The notes under the pieces were generated by a model that had not been told where the DNA came from, did no database searches, and worked only from the letters and a program-made list of their open reading frames with translations. A stretch of 64,000 nucleotides of DNA. Source: Podarcis vaucheri (Eukaryota). Positions 48,188 through 62,000 of the stretch are shown here, one piece after another (positions within the stretch are counted from its first letter, which is position 1; each line of letters starts with the position of its first letter). Position numbers and translations under genes: made by a program. The DNA is taken from NCBI GenBank assembly GCA_965113315.1, contig OZ220367.1, one strand, 5' to 3'.

Positions 48188-51100
48188 CCAAGAAATGCCA
48201 TTGGACTGCTATGCCTCTTCACTCAAGCAAGTATAGGGTCTGGTGGGATGGGGCTGGGTCTGATTTTCAGCCCCCTTCCTCACCACTTTTACAGGCTGCT
48301 AATATTAAATCTTTCAGTACTTTGTAGAAAATGGTATCCACGTACACTATATGGTATACATGTGGATAGCCTCATTTTACTTTTTTTGTTTTTGTTTTGA
48401 GCTGCGTTGAGATTTTCTTCACACTTTCAAACTCCCCTAAAACTCATTGAGTTCTGAATTTCATATTCAGATGATAGTGCTTTCTGTGAAAGCCGTAAGT
48501 TAAATGAATTAAACAGCGGAGGTGGGGGGAATAAGCTTTTTGCCTACCTGATGATACCTTATCAAGTCTTGGTGGATTAGCCTGCAGTCTGGGGTATAAA
48601 TAATTTGAAAATTCCTTATGCCTTTTATGGTTTTGTGTGGCCGTGCCAGGATTTTTCTGATGCCATTTGGAGTACCTAAGAAGCCATTTAATTTCATGCA
48701 AAACTACTATTTTCTTTTGCAATGCCTTGGCTCAGCATATGGAACCTATTTGGATTTCAAAGAAAATCAATTTCTGCCTTCCTCTGTGCTGCATGGAAAA
48801 ATTATATACGTTTCATGACCAAAAACCAAAATGGCTACTATAAACCTATGCAGTAAGTCACCATCAAGTGTGATGTGAAGAACAGACCAGAATACAATTC
48901 ATACTCCCAGTGCTATGAATTCCCCAAAGACTGAGCACACAACATGGAACAGTTAAACGTCTCCAATAATTTAAGTGCCTGTAATCTTGTACTGTAAACT
49001 GTATCTTAGCTAGCTTTAAAAAAGGGAAGTTATTTATATAGTGTTCAGTGTACTTTTATTTGCTACATACCTGCTCTTTTGTATATGTGTAAACATAACA
49101 TACTCACATCTGAAAATAATGAAACTTAATAATCATATTCAAGGTGAATGTGACTTGCAGAAATGTTGGATAGTCTGTCAAAGTATGTGCATGATACTAC
49201 AAAGATATAAAAATTTCCCTTTTAGAGGCATTCATTAAGACCCTTAATGCAATATTAGAGTGAATTCAAATAAATGTGAGGATGTGTTAAAATTTTGTTC
49301 TATAGGTTGCAAACAGTAAATGGTCAGGCAAAGGATTGCAGTATTTTTTTTTAATTTATAGATGTACAAATCTTATTTAACATTTCCTTAAATCATTGCT
49401 TTTTCAGTGATGCCTTTAAAGTATTAGTATCAGCTGAACAGTTCACGGGATACATAAGCTATTAATTAATTTATTTTGAATGCAGCAAGTCACAGACAAT
49501 ATTGTGCCACGGATCTTGAGCAAAGGTGTGTCATTTCTTTTCCGTCCAGTACCAGGAAAGCAATTGGGCTGACGTTCTAAAATGTCTTTTTGTTTTGTTT
49601 TGCACAGGTAGCTGGTAAATATTTGCCATAAATCAAATTATTACACTAGACTACTGCTTTCAGGGAACGCTTTCCACCGTTAACTGACATGTTTAAGAAC
49701 TTCTGCATGGATTGCTGTTAGTCACAGAGTATTTTGAAGATTCAAGAATTGTTTGTAGGTATACTCGGTCCGCTTGCTGGGCCTGTTTGGTCTCAATATT
49801 ACATTCTCGTAAGCAGAGTATATACTCTAGGACAATTTCAGCTATCCACTATGGCTCTGAATAGCAGAGGAAGATCAGTAGTGGTAGACGCTTGGGAAGC
49901 CTGTCTGCTTTTACTGATCATCTTGAGGCACCTCTGACGTAATCTCTTGAGGAACCCCAGGATTCCTGGGAGGGCAGATTGAAAACTGATGTAGGCTATA
50001 TTAAAATACAATGTTAACAAATATATGTTTACAAGTTTTGTCAGAATAGTTGGTGAGGTGTATATTTTCCATCATCCAGAATGGAATATTTGTTTTCTTG
50101 TTTTAAGTGCCATGTAAGTTGGGTAGCTTTTTTAGTGGTGCATTATATGCTGACATTTAATTTTAATATTGACTTGAGAATCTAAAATAAAGCAAATGCC
50201 AATACTATCTCAGAGCCACTGGGTTGCATCCAAATTAAGTTATTTGCGCTTAAGCCACATTTTCTCCCAATGAGAACTAACTTAGTAATGACTAACTTTT
50301 CACATTGAATTCAGTGGAACCTAAGTTTAACTAACATGGTTTGGATTTAGTCCATTATTCCTAGAGTCCAGACATATCTATGGACTATTTCATGTCCCTG
50401 ATACTTTCTTAGGAGACATTTTAGCTAGAGCAGAGGGAATAGCCCATTATTTCTGAACACATTGCATTTTGTAGTAGAAGCAACAGATGTCTGGCATTTC
50501 ACTTTCTAATTGGAAGCGCCACATTCCTTCCAGCTATGCAATTAGTAGAAATGAAATTTGCCTCAAAAAGGCTTGAGATTGTTAAACAAGTTTTGAAATA
50601 ATTTCCTTCCAAAATTTAGTACCATTAACATAATGTTTATGAAAATTTTTGTTCTTTTAGCTAGCTCAACTGTGACCTTTGCTAATTTTTTCTTCTTGAG
50701 TTCACATGGAAGTAAGATTCAAAATCTCATTTACTAAAGTAAATTTTATTTTTGATCTCCTGCCCTCCACTCCTTGGCAATTTTACATAAGAGCAAGGGG
50801 AGAAATTGTACTCCGTTGTCTTCATGGTACTAATCATTCTGTGTCCATGTTTCTTTGGATCCCTTCTACCAGCTGTATGAATGTCCCACCAATTTTGGGG
50901 TTTGTTGTTTAAGGGCATCTTTAACACCTCTGTGGATCACCTTCTTGATCTGACCAAAGCTATGCTTGGAAGTCATTTGTTTCACTCATACTAATTCAGC
51001 AGTTGTAAAAATGTTTGACTAATTCATGATTGTAAATTAATTTTCAATTGGGAGTAGATGCAAGTAGCAATTCTGCTACATGGTTGCACTTGATGTGTGA

Positions 51101-53330
51101 TAGACTCCTTCTTACTACTTGGTGGCCAAACAACCTCACATATGAGCTCCTGCAGTGTGGTTTTATCTCCAGGCTACCACCAAATATTCCTGGTGGCAGC
51201 TTGCAGACAAAATGACATATTTCTGATTCACCTGGTGAGCCAATACAACATGAAGGATGTGGCCACTCACAGAGGCATTTTCAAGTGTCCATGACATCAC
51301 AGCCAAAGAGTGAGAAGTGACCTTAAATGTGGCAAAATTGAATTATACCATTGTCAAAAGAATTGGTATGTTTTTCAACATTATTGCCTTATCATAACGC
51401 CAACAGACTCATTTCAGACTTTTTCATGCTAATGTTATCTTTTATTAGACCACGTTTATTATGTGTGTGTGTCAATTCTTTAATTTTGTACTATGCACAC
51501 TAGTTCATCAACAGTGCATTTGTGCCTTGGAAGTATGCTTTTGAAATAATTTCCCACTTGCAAACGAATGTGTACCTTGAAGCTTTGAGAGTATCATGAT
51601 AGATTAATGAAAAAGTATAACGGTTTGATTGCTCCCTTGTTTATTATTATGAAGGAGACTTTTCAACTCTCCCTCTTTTTTAAGGAAGCTGCAGCATTTT
51701 GCAAAGCTGTGCCACCCTTGGGAATTTGAAAGCAGCAGGGGCAGCTCCATTTAAGCCTGTGAGGAAGGTTGGTTAGTGTTAAGAAATTAACCAAAATGCT
51801 GAATGTATTTTGCAGTAAGGAATACTAGAGGAACAAGAATGAATGGAAATCTCCCCTTGGAATTCCGTTTGCTTGTTTTATAAAATATTCCTGAAAGCCA
51901 ATATTGTAATTAAATGTGGGTGGTGTTTTCTGCTCCACAAAATAGTTTTCTCCCATTTACCATTGTCGTCTGAAAGAACTTACTAATTATCTAATAACAA
52001 TCAGCCAAGACAATTGGTATATATTTTGAGTATCACACTTCTTTTTTAAAAAAGCAAAAAGCCATCATTTCAATAAGTTCTGACTAGTGCCATAAAAAAA
52101 CCAAACCTATTTGCTTCTTATGCCATAAAAATGCCTACCTCCATGAATACATTTCCTGAGTGGCTGCTGTCACCTGTTGCTTGATGTAACACCTTCATAT
52201 TCCAAGAATCAGCTTCTTTATGAACCCATAACGCCTGTTTGTGTCGCTAACAGCATCGGTTTCCCATGTCTATTTTGATAAATGCTTTCCCCTGATACTC
52301 TTCTCAGCTCTAAACATTATTTGTCATTGGCCTCATGACACTACTGTCATTGCATCTGTACCTTTCCAGTGCATGGGAAACAGACTTTTCCGTTTCCCCC
52401 ATATATTTGTGAGCACTACAACTTCTCTGTTTAAATAGAGTAAGCTGACACACTACAGATTTGTAGATTGCCTTCTCTGCAGTAATGCTGTCTGACATCA
52501 AGGTGTGATCTGAAATACTAGAACAAAACTTAATTATTTTCACGCTGCATACTAATTTAAATACTGAGTCTTCTGCCCAGTTTCAATGTGAGAGGACTCA
52601 GATTTGGCTGGTCCTTTAGAAAAGTAATTATGTACCTTTTGCCTCGTCTTGTGATGGTAGCTATTGTTGGCCTAGTCATTCATATTATATCATGTCTCCA
52701 AAACCCATTTTGGTGGATTGCAGAAGTTTGTAGAAAAAGAGACGGGACAGGTCACCAGACCCTTCTCTACTACAAGCCTCAGTAAAATAAAAGGGAGATT
52801 GTTGTGTAAACAGGAGTGTTCTTTCACAACTCCCACTCATTCTAAACTGGTGTTAAAATTTCTGGTGGATTGTGCCCAAAATGAAAGACTTATTTCCTGT
52901 ATCAATTGTGGAATTAACGATACTGCAAATGATCATCTCATTGAACAATTGCCTTGTTGTATAGTACCCCTGAATGCAATATAGATGCCCACATACTGTA
53001 TTCATGTTTTGTGCTCTGACTTACCCCATGCCCAATATAAAAATGTACTATATTGTATACAGAAAGAATAATGTAGCTAACCTATAGAAGATGTAAATAA
53101 AAAGGAGAGGGTGAAAGAAGCAGTATGATTATACTCATTTTGTTATATATATACCACAAGTTTAGAATGTTTTTTAATTGTAACAGGCTAAGTGTCTTTT
53201 TGTACAGCATCTGATTTAAAAGGTGCCTTAAGTTTACCATGAATTGCTTTGTTCTGTACACAAATTTATGTCAATGTATCATTTTTAAGTAAATAACCTT
53301 ATTTTAGTAAACATTAGTAATATATTTGTT
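48188..53330 (+). other. BMPR1A: Putative long BMPR1A 3'UTR with several candidate poly(A) signals
   Basis: AT-rich and almost TE-free. AATAAA at 49269, 50186, 52786 and 53096; AGTAAA at 53288 and 53306 followed by a T/GT-rich tract. The true end is not determinable from sequence alone. Confidence 0.5.
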
Positions 53331-53438
53331 TGTTAACCATTGCATATTGGTGATCAAACATCCACACACATGGTTGTATGCCTTGCCTTTATAATCAGTG
53401 CTGAAGGTCATGTCTCACAAGTAATTTGTACTGAAGTA

Positions 53439-53674
53439 CAGTCGTACCTTGGAAGTCAAACGAAGTCCATTCGACTTCCAAAACGTTCGAAACCAAAACA
53501 CGGCTTCTGATTGGCTTCAGGAAGCTCCTGCAGCCAATCAGAAGCTGAGGAAGTGCCATCAGATGTTCAGGCTCCAAAGAACATTCGCAAACCAGAACAC
53601 TCACGTCCGGGTTTGCGGCGTTCAGAAGCCAAAACATCCAAGTACCAAGGCGTTCGGGATCCAAGGTACGACTA
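53439..53674. mobile_element. Tc1/mariner-type MITE between the convergent 3' ends
   Basis: ta|cagtcgtaccttgga ... tccaaggtacgacta|ta. Related to 57185-57410. Confidence 0.85.
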
Positions 53675-54364
53675 TACAAAATAATACTCCAATTGCTTCC
53701 TTACTTCAGTCTTTCCTGGTAACTTTTCAGATGCACCAAAAGTGGAGCCCCAGACATTAAAAATACACAGAACCAGTGAATGATCAAAGTAAAACAGGCC
53801 ATTCATAATTGCAACAATGTGCACTCCCATGTGTTCAAACGAGGGTCCAAAATACCTTGTGAGAAGTTTCCCTCCACCATTCTACAAGAAAAATCTGTTG
53901 AATCTCAGTGCAGAATTATACTTCATACACAGCATCAGGCTGCTGTTAAAAATGTTACCCCTTCCTCTGTTTTGTTCTTTCATCTCCCCTGTAGCATGTG
54001 AGACCGCTTACCTCAAGTTGCGCATTACATACGTGCATAAACCTTAGGATTCCCCTGTCTGCTGAACCTTTTTCTGTAGCATTTATAAAACAAACCACAT
54101 ACATAGTTTAGTTTTATCAAAGTACATGCAGATAATGTATATTCACATTTATCTTTCTGCAGTTTTATAACTTAGCTGGAATCATGCATATGAGGAGTTT
54201 TATTCACAATAATTTGGCCTTGAAATAATCATTTGATGTCCGGTATTTGCACATCTACATGAAACTGGGTTAAATGCTTATCAGTGGAAGTTTTATGATT
54301 CCTGCACTTGAACTATTAAAATGTGCAAAGCAAAACTACAGCCAGGTGTACAAAACAAAGAGTA

Positions 54365-54370
54365 TTTATT
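54365..54370 (-). terminator. MMRN2: Candidate MMRN2 polyadenylation signal (AATAAA)
   Basis: tttatt on the + strand about 660 nt past the MMRN2 stop, followed on the minus strand by ctttgttttgt. Other AATAAA hexamers are nearby. Confidence 0.45.
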
Positions 54371-55028
54371 GAGAATGTACGCAAAGTGATACAGCTCTCG
54401 TAAGTATAGACACCATAATTTCATAACACTTTAGGAATAGAAATGCCTCATTTTTGTTCATCTGAAAGTCCCTCCTGTGTGATTTCTGATATCGCTAGCA
54501 TGCCACTTTTTTTTTATTTAGGAGGGCCTGTCCTGTCCAGGATTTTTTATTATAAAAAAATAAATCTTGAAATTAATGATATTCCACTGGAAACTTATAT
54601 CTAGTGAAGAATGAGCAATATTTTTATAAATAAGACAAGAGGAAGAATAGAATCAAATGCATGATAAACTATCAAAGGGATGGAGTGCGAAAAACCTGGG
54701 GCTTCCTGATATTTCCCATAATCCCTGACTGATCATGGCTAGGCCCAAGAAGAGTTGGGAGTCCAGCAGCAGCTGAAGGCCACAAGTGACCCATCCTTGC
54801 TCTAGCGTTTTTCATAAAGCCTTTGCAACATACAAACTCCATTTCTTCTTCATTTGTGACACCACTAAGCAACAACTGAACTATTTCTAGGAAGCAGCAC
54901 TGAGGCGAATCAAGGGCTGGGACTACATTTAAAAGTGCACACAGCAAAACTCGCCGTCTTTGGGCTAGTACAGGTTAGCCGTGTGTGTATAGCAAAGTAT
55001 CATTTATGACTTTGGGACCTTTTATTTT

Positions 55029-55408
55029 TCAAGTTTTGAATATCAGAAATCCAGCCATGCTTAATCCAGCTGGGTTCTGCTTCGCTCCAGTGCCCTGCAC
55101 CAGTTCAAACCACATGAGCTCACCCTTCTTGAGCTCCACAAGTGCAAAAGTAGCCAGAGAGCCTCCACTTGCCTTTCTCTTTTTGGTGTCGATGAGCGTC
55201 ATTCTTTGCCGGTTGCTGAAGACCAGTTGCCCCAAGGCAGGTCCTGGTGCAAGCTCCACGCTGATGGCAACAAGGTAAACCCCAGTATGAGGAGACTTGA
55301 AGTAGCCGTGTTCAGGGAAATAACCCCCTCCGTAATTAAGATATGTTCCGTTGAGGCTCAGCTCTCCTCTGGCTTCCGAATACCTCACATAAAAGGCCAC
55401 GTAGGTAC
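55029..55408 (-). CDS. MMRN2: MMRN2 (multimerin-2) last coding exon, gC1q domain
   Basis: Acceptor ctctcccccatctag|GT ACC TAC. Encodes VAFYV...YLNYGGGYFPEHGYFKSPHTGVYLVAISVE...GFLIFKT*, a C1q/EMILIN-family C-terminus. Position tail-to-tail with BMPR1A matches known synteny. Confidence 0.93.
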
Positions 55409-57184
55409 CTAGATGGGGGAGAGGGAGAGTTTACATAACAGTGCTTACAGTTATCCAAAGTCCCAGAACATTTCCAGTTTACCAGGCAAGATGCTTTCAA
55501 GTGTGTCCCAGGCCAGGCGTTGAAGTGAGCTTCCATCTCAAAAACAAGGTAAGTCTTCCATTTCCCCAAACTCTTCCCCGCTTGGATATTGAGTACAGCT
55601 GGATAATTCCTGGATTTGCCACTGCCGCCTCCTCACATTACAAAGCCACCCCTGCCCCACCCACCCCCCCTTTTGCCAGGTACTCGGATGAGGCAAGAGG
55701 GGAATGGGGAGGCAAGAGTGGAGGTATTTTTCTTTCCCTCTGACTAGGTTTTTGGGCTTATGGGAGTGGTAGTTGCCCTAAGGGCTTCCGTAACGGGAAA
55801 TATTCCATGGCACACTGTTGGCAACTATGACAGGATAATGGTTTTTTTTGGGGGGGGGGGACCTCTTAGTGTACATTTGTTATAGCTGCCACTAGGTGAA
55901 GAGAAGGGAGGGGATGTTGGGGGGGCAGTGGGGTGGCGAGACCATCTTACCAAATCTGCAGGTTGGCTCTGGAAATTTGTATGGGTTTTCCCAGTTGTCA
56001 AAATGTTGAAACACACCTTTCTAGACTACAGCTCAGGGAAAACAAAACAAAAGCACTATTCTGCCAGGAGATGGAGCTACACTGTAATTCAACGAGCAAA
56101 CTAATTCAAGAAACCACTGTTGAGTTCCGTGCCTCTTTAGCACAAACTCCCTGAGTTATTTTCTTCACCGTTTTACATAATTGGCCGTCTCACGGCACCC
56201 ATGCCGCCCTTTCAGGAAATACAGTAGTTCCAAACAATTCAAGTGGAAACTAAGGTTCGTTTGGATAGGATAAGACTTTAAAATACCCAGTATTATCTTT
56301 GCCCCCATTTGTGAAACTTACAGTATCTTATGTGCCCTTTTGTTCCATGCAAACCCACCCCTGTAAGCAAAAGTGGCACTCCTATAGAAGAGGGAATTTC
56401 AACAACTTTTAAATACTTATTTTCTTTCTGTGCAATGGATTGCCTACTTTCCACGCTCCAAGCAAACTCTGGTTTAAATTGAAAACGCTCATTTGATGCT
56501 AAGCTTCAGAAACTGCTGGCATCATAATGGCTCTTGTGCCTTTGTTAGGACGTGTTCCGTCAAAATTCAGAGTGTAGTGGACTAAATGTTCTCTTCTGTA
56601 CTTATTGACAGGACTGGCTTGATGAAGTCCAGAAGCTTCCTGATCAATAGTTCAGAATACGAGTGGAGTTTGCCGAGAGGAAATACGAAATAGATCTAGA
56701 AGTTCCTGTGGACATGAAGCTGCCCAAAGTGGCTGGGGCAACTCAGCCAGATGGGTGGGGTATTATCATCATAATCAACAACAATATCATATGCTTTAAT
56801 GCAATTGAAATTTAAGAAGTTGCCTTATGCTAGGTCAGGTTATTTGTCTGCCAGGGATGGGGGAATCTTTGGCCCATTGTATGTTGCTAGACTCCAACTC
56901 TCATCATTCCTGACCATTGGCCACGCTGGCTGGGGCTGATGGGAGCTGGAGTCCAGCAGCACACGGAGGGTCCCAGGGCTCCCTGCCCATGGCCAAGCCC
57001 ACAACTGCCTAGTCTGACTGACAGCAGCTGTTCATGGATGTGAACTAGTTCTTTTCTAACCAGGCTTTCCCAAGCTGTAGAACACCCTTCCAGCAGAGAT
57101 TCGGCAGGCATCTCTTGGGAGACTTCCTTTGTGCACCACCCTGACGTTTTGTGAGAGGGCAGTATATAAATACTTTTATAAGTA

Positions 57185-57410
57185 CAGTGGGACCTTGGTT
57201 GCTGAACTTAATCCATTCTGGGAGCCTGACTCCCAGAACCATTCAAAAACCAAGATGCGGCTTCCGATTGGCTGCAGGAGCTTCCTGCACTCAATTGGAA
57301 GTTTGGCTTCCAAAAAATGTTTGCAAACCAGAACACTTCCTTCTGGGTTTGCGGCGTTTGGGAGTCAATTTGTTGGGGAGCCAAGCCGTTTGACAACCTA
57401 GGTACCACTG
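57185..57410. mobile_element. Tc1/mariner-type MITE
   Basis: ta|cagtgggaccttggttg ... caacctaggtaccactg. Confidence 0.8.
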
Positions 57411-57596
57411 TCAATGAAATATTTACACTTTTCTTTTGCATCACCCTGGAACATATTGATGGAGGGTAGTTAAGAAATATTTGAAATATAATAAACTTTC
57501 CCAAGCTGGCTGGGCCTGATGTCCAAAACATCTAGAGGGCCTCAGGTGGGTAAAGCATGATGAGGTTATTATAGGGAGTTGATGGAAGAAACATAC

Positions 57597-59471
57597 CTGT
57601 CTCCAGGATCTCTGCATGTATCTTGTTTCTTCCGTTTAAGGTACCTTCCCTACGACTGCTGGCTTCTTTCTTGTCTCTCATTTTTTGCCCCTCTTGAAGC
57701 TGCTTCCTCATCCTCCTGCCCACCAGCGACTGAATCTTTGTGACATCCAAGCTTACATTTGCAGCGGCTAATTCCTTGTTGCTTCCAAACAGCTTTTGAA
57801 AGATCTGCAGGTGCTCTTCAAGGATTTGCTGGGCTGACGCAAGGTCTTCCCTCAAATTCTCCACTGAGCCACTGAGTGGTTCCACTAGGCTGGCTATGGT
57901 GTAATTACAGCAGAAATTGGCACCATCTCTCTGCATCTTATATTTATGCATCTCCCTGCTGAGGTGCCTAATCTCTTTCTTCAAAGTCATGATATCGTGA
58001 TATGCTGGGTTATCCAGAGGATCCTCCATGGCAGCTTCATGGTTTGGCTCCATGTGTTCCACTCCACTGCGTTGGGTGGTAACCTCCTGCACTGTGTCCT
58101 CTGTTTTCCTTTCCAACATAGGATGCTTAAGAGATATATGGACATTGGGGTTGTCTCCATGGTCCATCATCTCCAAAGAGTGAATTGTCTTCATAAGATA
58201 TTCCAGTGTAAAATTTTGCTCCTTGAGTTCGTCAGAGATTAGCCTGATAGTCTTTTGAAGCTGCTCTATGGATAATTCTATAGGACTTGAGTCCTCTTCC
58301 AACAAGATCTCCATGTTTTCTTCTCCAAGCAAGGCCTTTAGTGCTAGCTCATGTCTCATTGCATCAAACAACAAAGAGTTAAAAGAGCTGTTGAGATATT
58401 TGATATGCCCGTGCATCTTCTCATCATTTTTTTCTAGGATGCCAATATTGTCAGACAGCTTTTCTGCATGAGAATTGAGGAGGGACATGCCACCTTCCAG
58501 CTTTTGACTCTGCTTCTGTTGGCTTTCTAGAACCTGATGTATAATAGGGAAAGCTGCATTAAGATCCTTTAAGCGTGCCTCAAGTTGCTTTATTTCTTCT
58601 CTGTTGACCTGAGTGATGTTCACTAGATCTTCTGTAACAACATGTGAAGATGGTGTTTCGCAATGACATGCTTTCAGAGACCTCTCTAGATCCCAGTGGC
58701 TGTCTTCAATATTGGACAGAGTGTTGTTGAGAGCAAGAATCTTCCTTTCCAGATCATCCCTGTATTCTTCTATTATAAGACTCTTCTCTATTAAATCAAC
58801 TCTGAACTCCTCCAGGTCGTGCTTCAAGGTGGCTTTCAAGTTCGCAATGGAATCGGTTAGTTCTGTGTAGTCCTCATCAGACTCATCAAAAATTTTGGTC
58901 AGCTGCTGTGCATGTGCTGCCAGGGTCTCATTGAGGATCTGAATGTCCCTCTCAATAAATGCTTCGTTTTGGCTGCCAAATTGTATTGGGTATACTGCTA
59001 AATTTCTATTCAGAGTCTTGAGCTCATCTTCAAGCTTGTTCTGCTGCTGTCTCATGTCTGTCAGGCTGCTGTTTAAGGCTGACAAATAGAAGTGTTGTGT
59101 CTTTTGGTGTCTCTTGAGCTTCAGATCAGTGTCTGCTTTGATCATGGTGAGATTGTAGTGTAAGGCTGCCTGCTGTGAGTGCAAATTACTCTCTATTTCT
59201 CTCTTCACATGGTCCACTCTCAAAATGTTGGTTTGAACCTTGGATTCAAACTTCGTTCCCAACTCCTGAAAATCTTTCTTGGGCACGGTGCTTTCTTGGA
59301 ACCTCTCTATACTTTTCCGATTGGCCTCGACATTCTTTGAGAGATTTTTCACGGCAGCAGAAAGATCCTGTAGACTTTTATTGAAGCTTGCCCAGACTGG
59401 GTCGAAATGCCCCTTCAAGAAACTCTGCACATGGGGAAAGAGTGTTTGCTGGAGGAATTGCTCCTGTACTT
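57597..59471 (-). CDS. MMRN2: MMRN2 large coiled-coil exon (1875 nt, phase 1-1)
   Basis: gtatttcag|AAGTA ... ACAG|gtatgt. LQQTLFPHVQSFLKGHFDPVWASFNKSL...VEANR...DFQELGTKFESKVQ matches multimerin-2. Confidence 0.95.
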
Positions 59472-59918
59472 CTGAAATACAAATAAAAACAATATAAGGT
59501 AACATGGGCAGTTATTCCTTTAGAATTGTGTGGCTGCCTTTGACGTCAATTCGGAAACTGCAGCTGGTGCAGAATTCAATGGCCGCACTGCTGGCTGGAG
59601 CAAGACAGTGCAAGAAGATAACACTTTATTGTGGCACAACTGCATTGGGTACCAATTAGCCCAAGCCAACTCAAAAGTGCTGGTTTGGACCTATAAAACC
59701 GTATGCCACTCAGGAACCCCCATAGCTCAAGGGCCACCTCTCCCTACATGAACCACACCAGATTGGTGTGACTCATAAATACAGTTAATAATCATTAGAT
59801 GCCGATGATGGAATCATAGCTCACCCAACCCTGAACACTCAGGCCAGCTCAAGCACTCCCCCAGCAAATATACTTAGGGCAGGACAAGCAGCACATGAAT
59901 TATTATGTAATACAACTA

Positions 59919-60426
59919 CAGTATTTTTCCCTCTATAGGACGCATCCGACCATAGGGCACACCTTGTTTTAGAGGGGGAGAACAAGAGAAAAAAATTCTC
60001 CCCCTCTCTGCACAGTGCCCCTTCAGCGAAGCGGCAGGAGAAACGGAGCCCCTTCCATTGCTCCTCTCGCTTAGTTGAAGGGGCACTGCGCCTTTGCTGA
60101 AGGGGCACCTACCCTTCAGCAAAAGGAACCCGGAGCCTCTGGAGCGCAGCGGGTACTCCCGCTGCACTCTGGAGGCTTCAGGTGGCTATCCTTGAAGCCT
60201 GGAGAGTGAGAGAGGTTGGTGCGCACCGACCCCTCTCGCTCTCCAGGCTTCAGCGAAAGCAACCCGAAGCCTCCAGAGCACGGCGGGAGTGCTCCCACTG
60301 CACTTCGGAGGCTTCGCGTTGCTATCACTGAAGCCAAGGAGCCTGCATTCGCTCCATAAGACACACACACATTTCCCCTTAATTTTTGGAGGGGAAAATG
60401 TGCGTCTTATAGAGCGAAAAATACGG
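59919..60426. mobile_element. Tc2-like (CCGTA-terminated) non-autonomous DNA transposon
   Basis: ta|cagtatttttccctctataggacgca ... tgcgtcttatagagcgaaaaatacgg|ta, with a GC-rich palindromic interior. Confidence 0.85.
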
Positions 60427-61157
60427 TAATTGCCACCCTTCCTTCAGTGAGCTCAGAGTGACTTAAGTGCTCAACACATCCACACACCCATTTTATCATC
60501 ACAGTGACCCATGAAAAACGGGCTAATCCAAACTCAGACAGTGAGCTTGATGACTGAGCTGGGGAAGGAGACTTTGAAGCAGATTTTTACGGCCAGTAAT
60601 TTTGTGTCATGGTTCCCTCTGAGCATCCTTGATTTAGACCAGGAGTGGAAGGCACTTGAGGACAAGGATTCAGAAGGGGAGGAAGAGACTACGTGGCAAG
60701 GTGCAAAACTTGCTGGAACGACTTCACAGCTCCCGTGCAGTCTTTGAACCCTTGCTGCTATTCTCAGACTCCTGAACCTTGGCACTTGCTCTCAGACCGG
60801 ATTTATTGTTGCAGCTCCTTTGCCTTGCAAGAACATCTTGACTATATCCTGCTCTTTTTCCAGCTGCTGAGTTTGTACATTTAGGCTGCTCTACTTAAAG
60901 TATCCTTCTTTACGTACAAGTAAACACACCCGTTATCTGGAGCCAGGACTATGAGTGCAAGGGGTATGTCAAAACTTGCAAATACAAATGCCTCCTCTTA
61001 AACTTCTCCAAGCTAAACGCACAACCATTCTGCATAGGGCTTGGCTTCCAGATCCCCAATGTGCCCTCATTTAGTCACCCTCCAGTTTGTCAAGAGTCCT
61101 GCCCGTCAATGACTTGTGCACGCAACTCTGCCCACCCTTTTGTGGCTGTGCTCTCAC

Positions 61158-61310
61158 CTGATTGGTTGTGGCTCGCTGCTTGCCTTGTGCTGCTGCCGTT
61201 ATAATGAAGCACCTTCTGTAAGACTCCCAAGTTGCTTGTGGCCTGGTGAATATCGTTCTGCAGATCTTCCAGCAGGGCTTCGTGACTTTCTTGGGCTTCT
61301 GCGATATCTC
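61158..61310 (-). CDS. MMRN2: MMRN2 internal exon (DIAEAQESHEALLEDLQNDIHQATSNLGVLQKVLHYNGSSTRQAASHNQS)
   Basis: tttgttcctgccctttgttgtcgggatcag| ... TCAG|gtgaga, 153 nt, phase 1-1. LL.DLQND.H matches MMRN2. Confidence 0.88.
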
Positions 61311-61530
61311 CTGATCCCGACAACAAAGGGCAGGAACAAATGAAACCATTTACGACATACCTCAGCCTGAAACGTAGCATTACTTGGAGGAAAGCATTAG
61401 GAAACACTGCAGAACACCCTTGCACACGGCTAACAGCTGCCTGCTCCACTCTGCCCCCCACTCCACCCCCAGCCCTATAGACCCAGGAGAAATGTCAGGG
61501 AGAACCATTACAATACCCATTGTTCAAGTA

Positions 61531-61777
61531 CAGTGGTACCTCTGGTTGCGAACGGGATCCGTTCCGGAGCCGAGTTCACAACCTGAGCAGAATGCAACCC
61601 GCTTCTGCGCGGTGTGCGATTTGCCGCTTCTGCGCATGCATGTGATGTCATTTTGAGCGACTGCACATGCGCGAGCGGCGAAACCCGGAAGTAACCCGTT
61701 CTGTTACTTCCGGGTCACCGCGGTACGTATCCTGAAAGAACGTAACCTGAACCTAACGTTAACAAGATGTATGACTG
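61531..61777. mobile_element. Tc1/mariner-type MITE
   Basis: ta|cagtggtacctctggttgcg ... gtatgactg. Confidence 0.8.
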
Positions 61778-62000
61778 CAACTTAAGGGAGATTTGGGCCA
61801 TTAGTTTCTCATCCATTTGCAAAGCTCTGTTAGGCTGCAACCCTATGCTTAATATTCAGGCAGCTATGCTTTGCTTGAATAGACCAACACCATACATTGC
61901 AAAAATATTCTATCCTATGAAGAAATGTCATGCAGACGGATAAATGGTTTAAGGGATGCATTATTCTAATGGTGAAACAATATATTGAATTAAAACGTAC

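Noticed and set aside
57532-59505. 657-aa ORF as a stand-alone single-exon gene
   Set aside because: It is the large MMRN2 exon (57597-59471) extended by intronic codons at both ends. Splice sites and phases link it to the neighbouring exons.
60693-60900. Possible extra MMRN2 exon on the minus strand
   Set aside because: No phase-compatible acceptor/donor pair. Exon 61158-61310 joins 59471 in frame without it.
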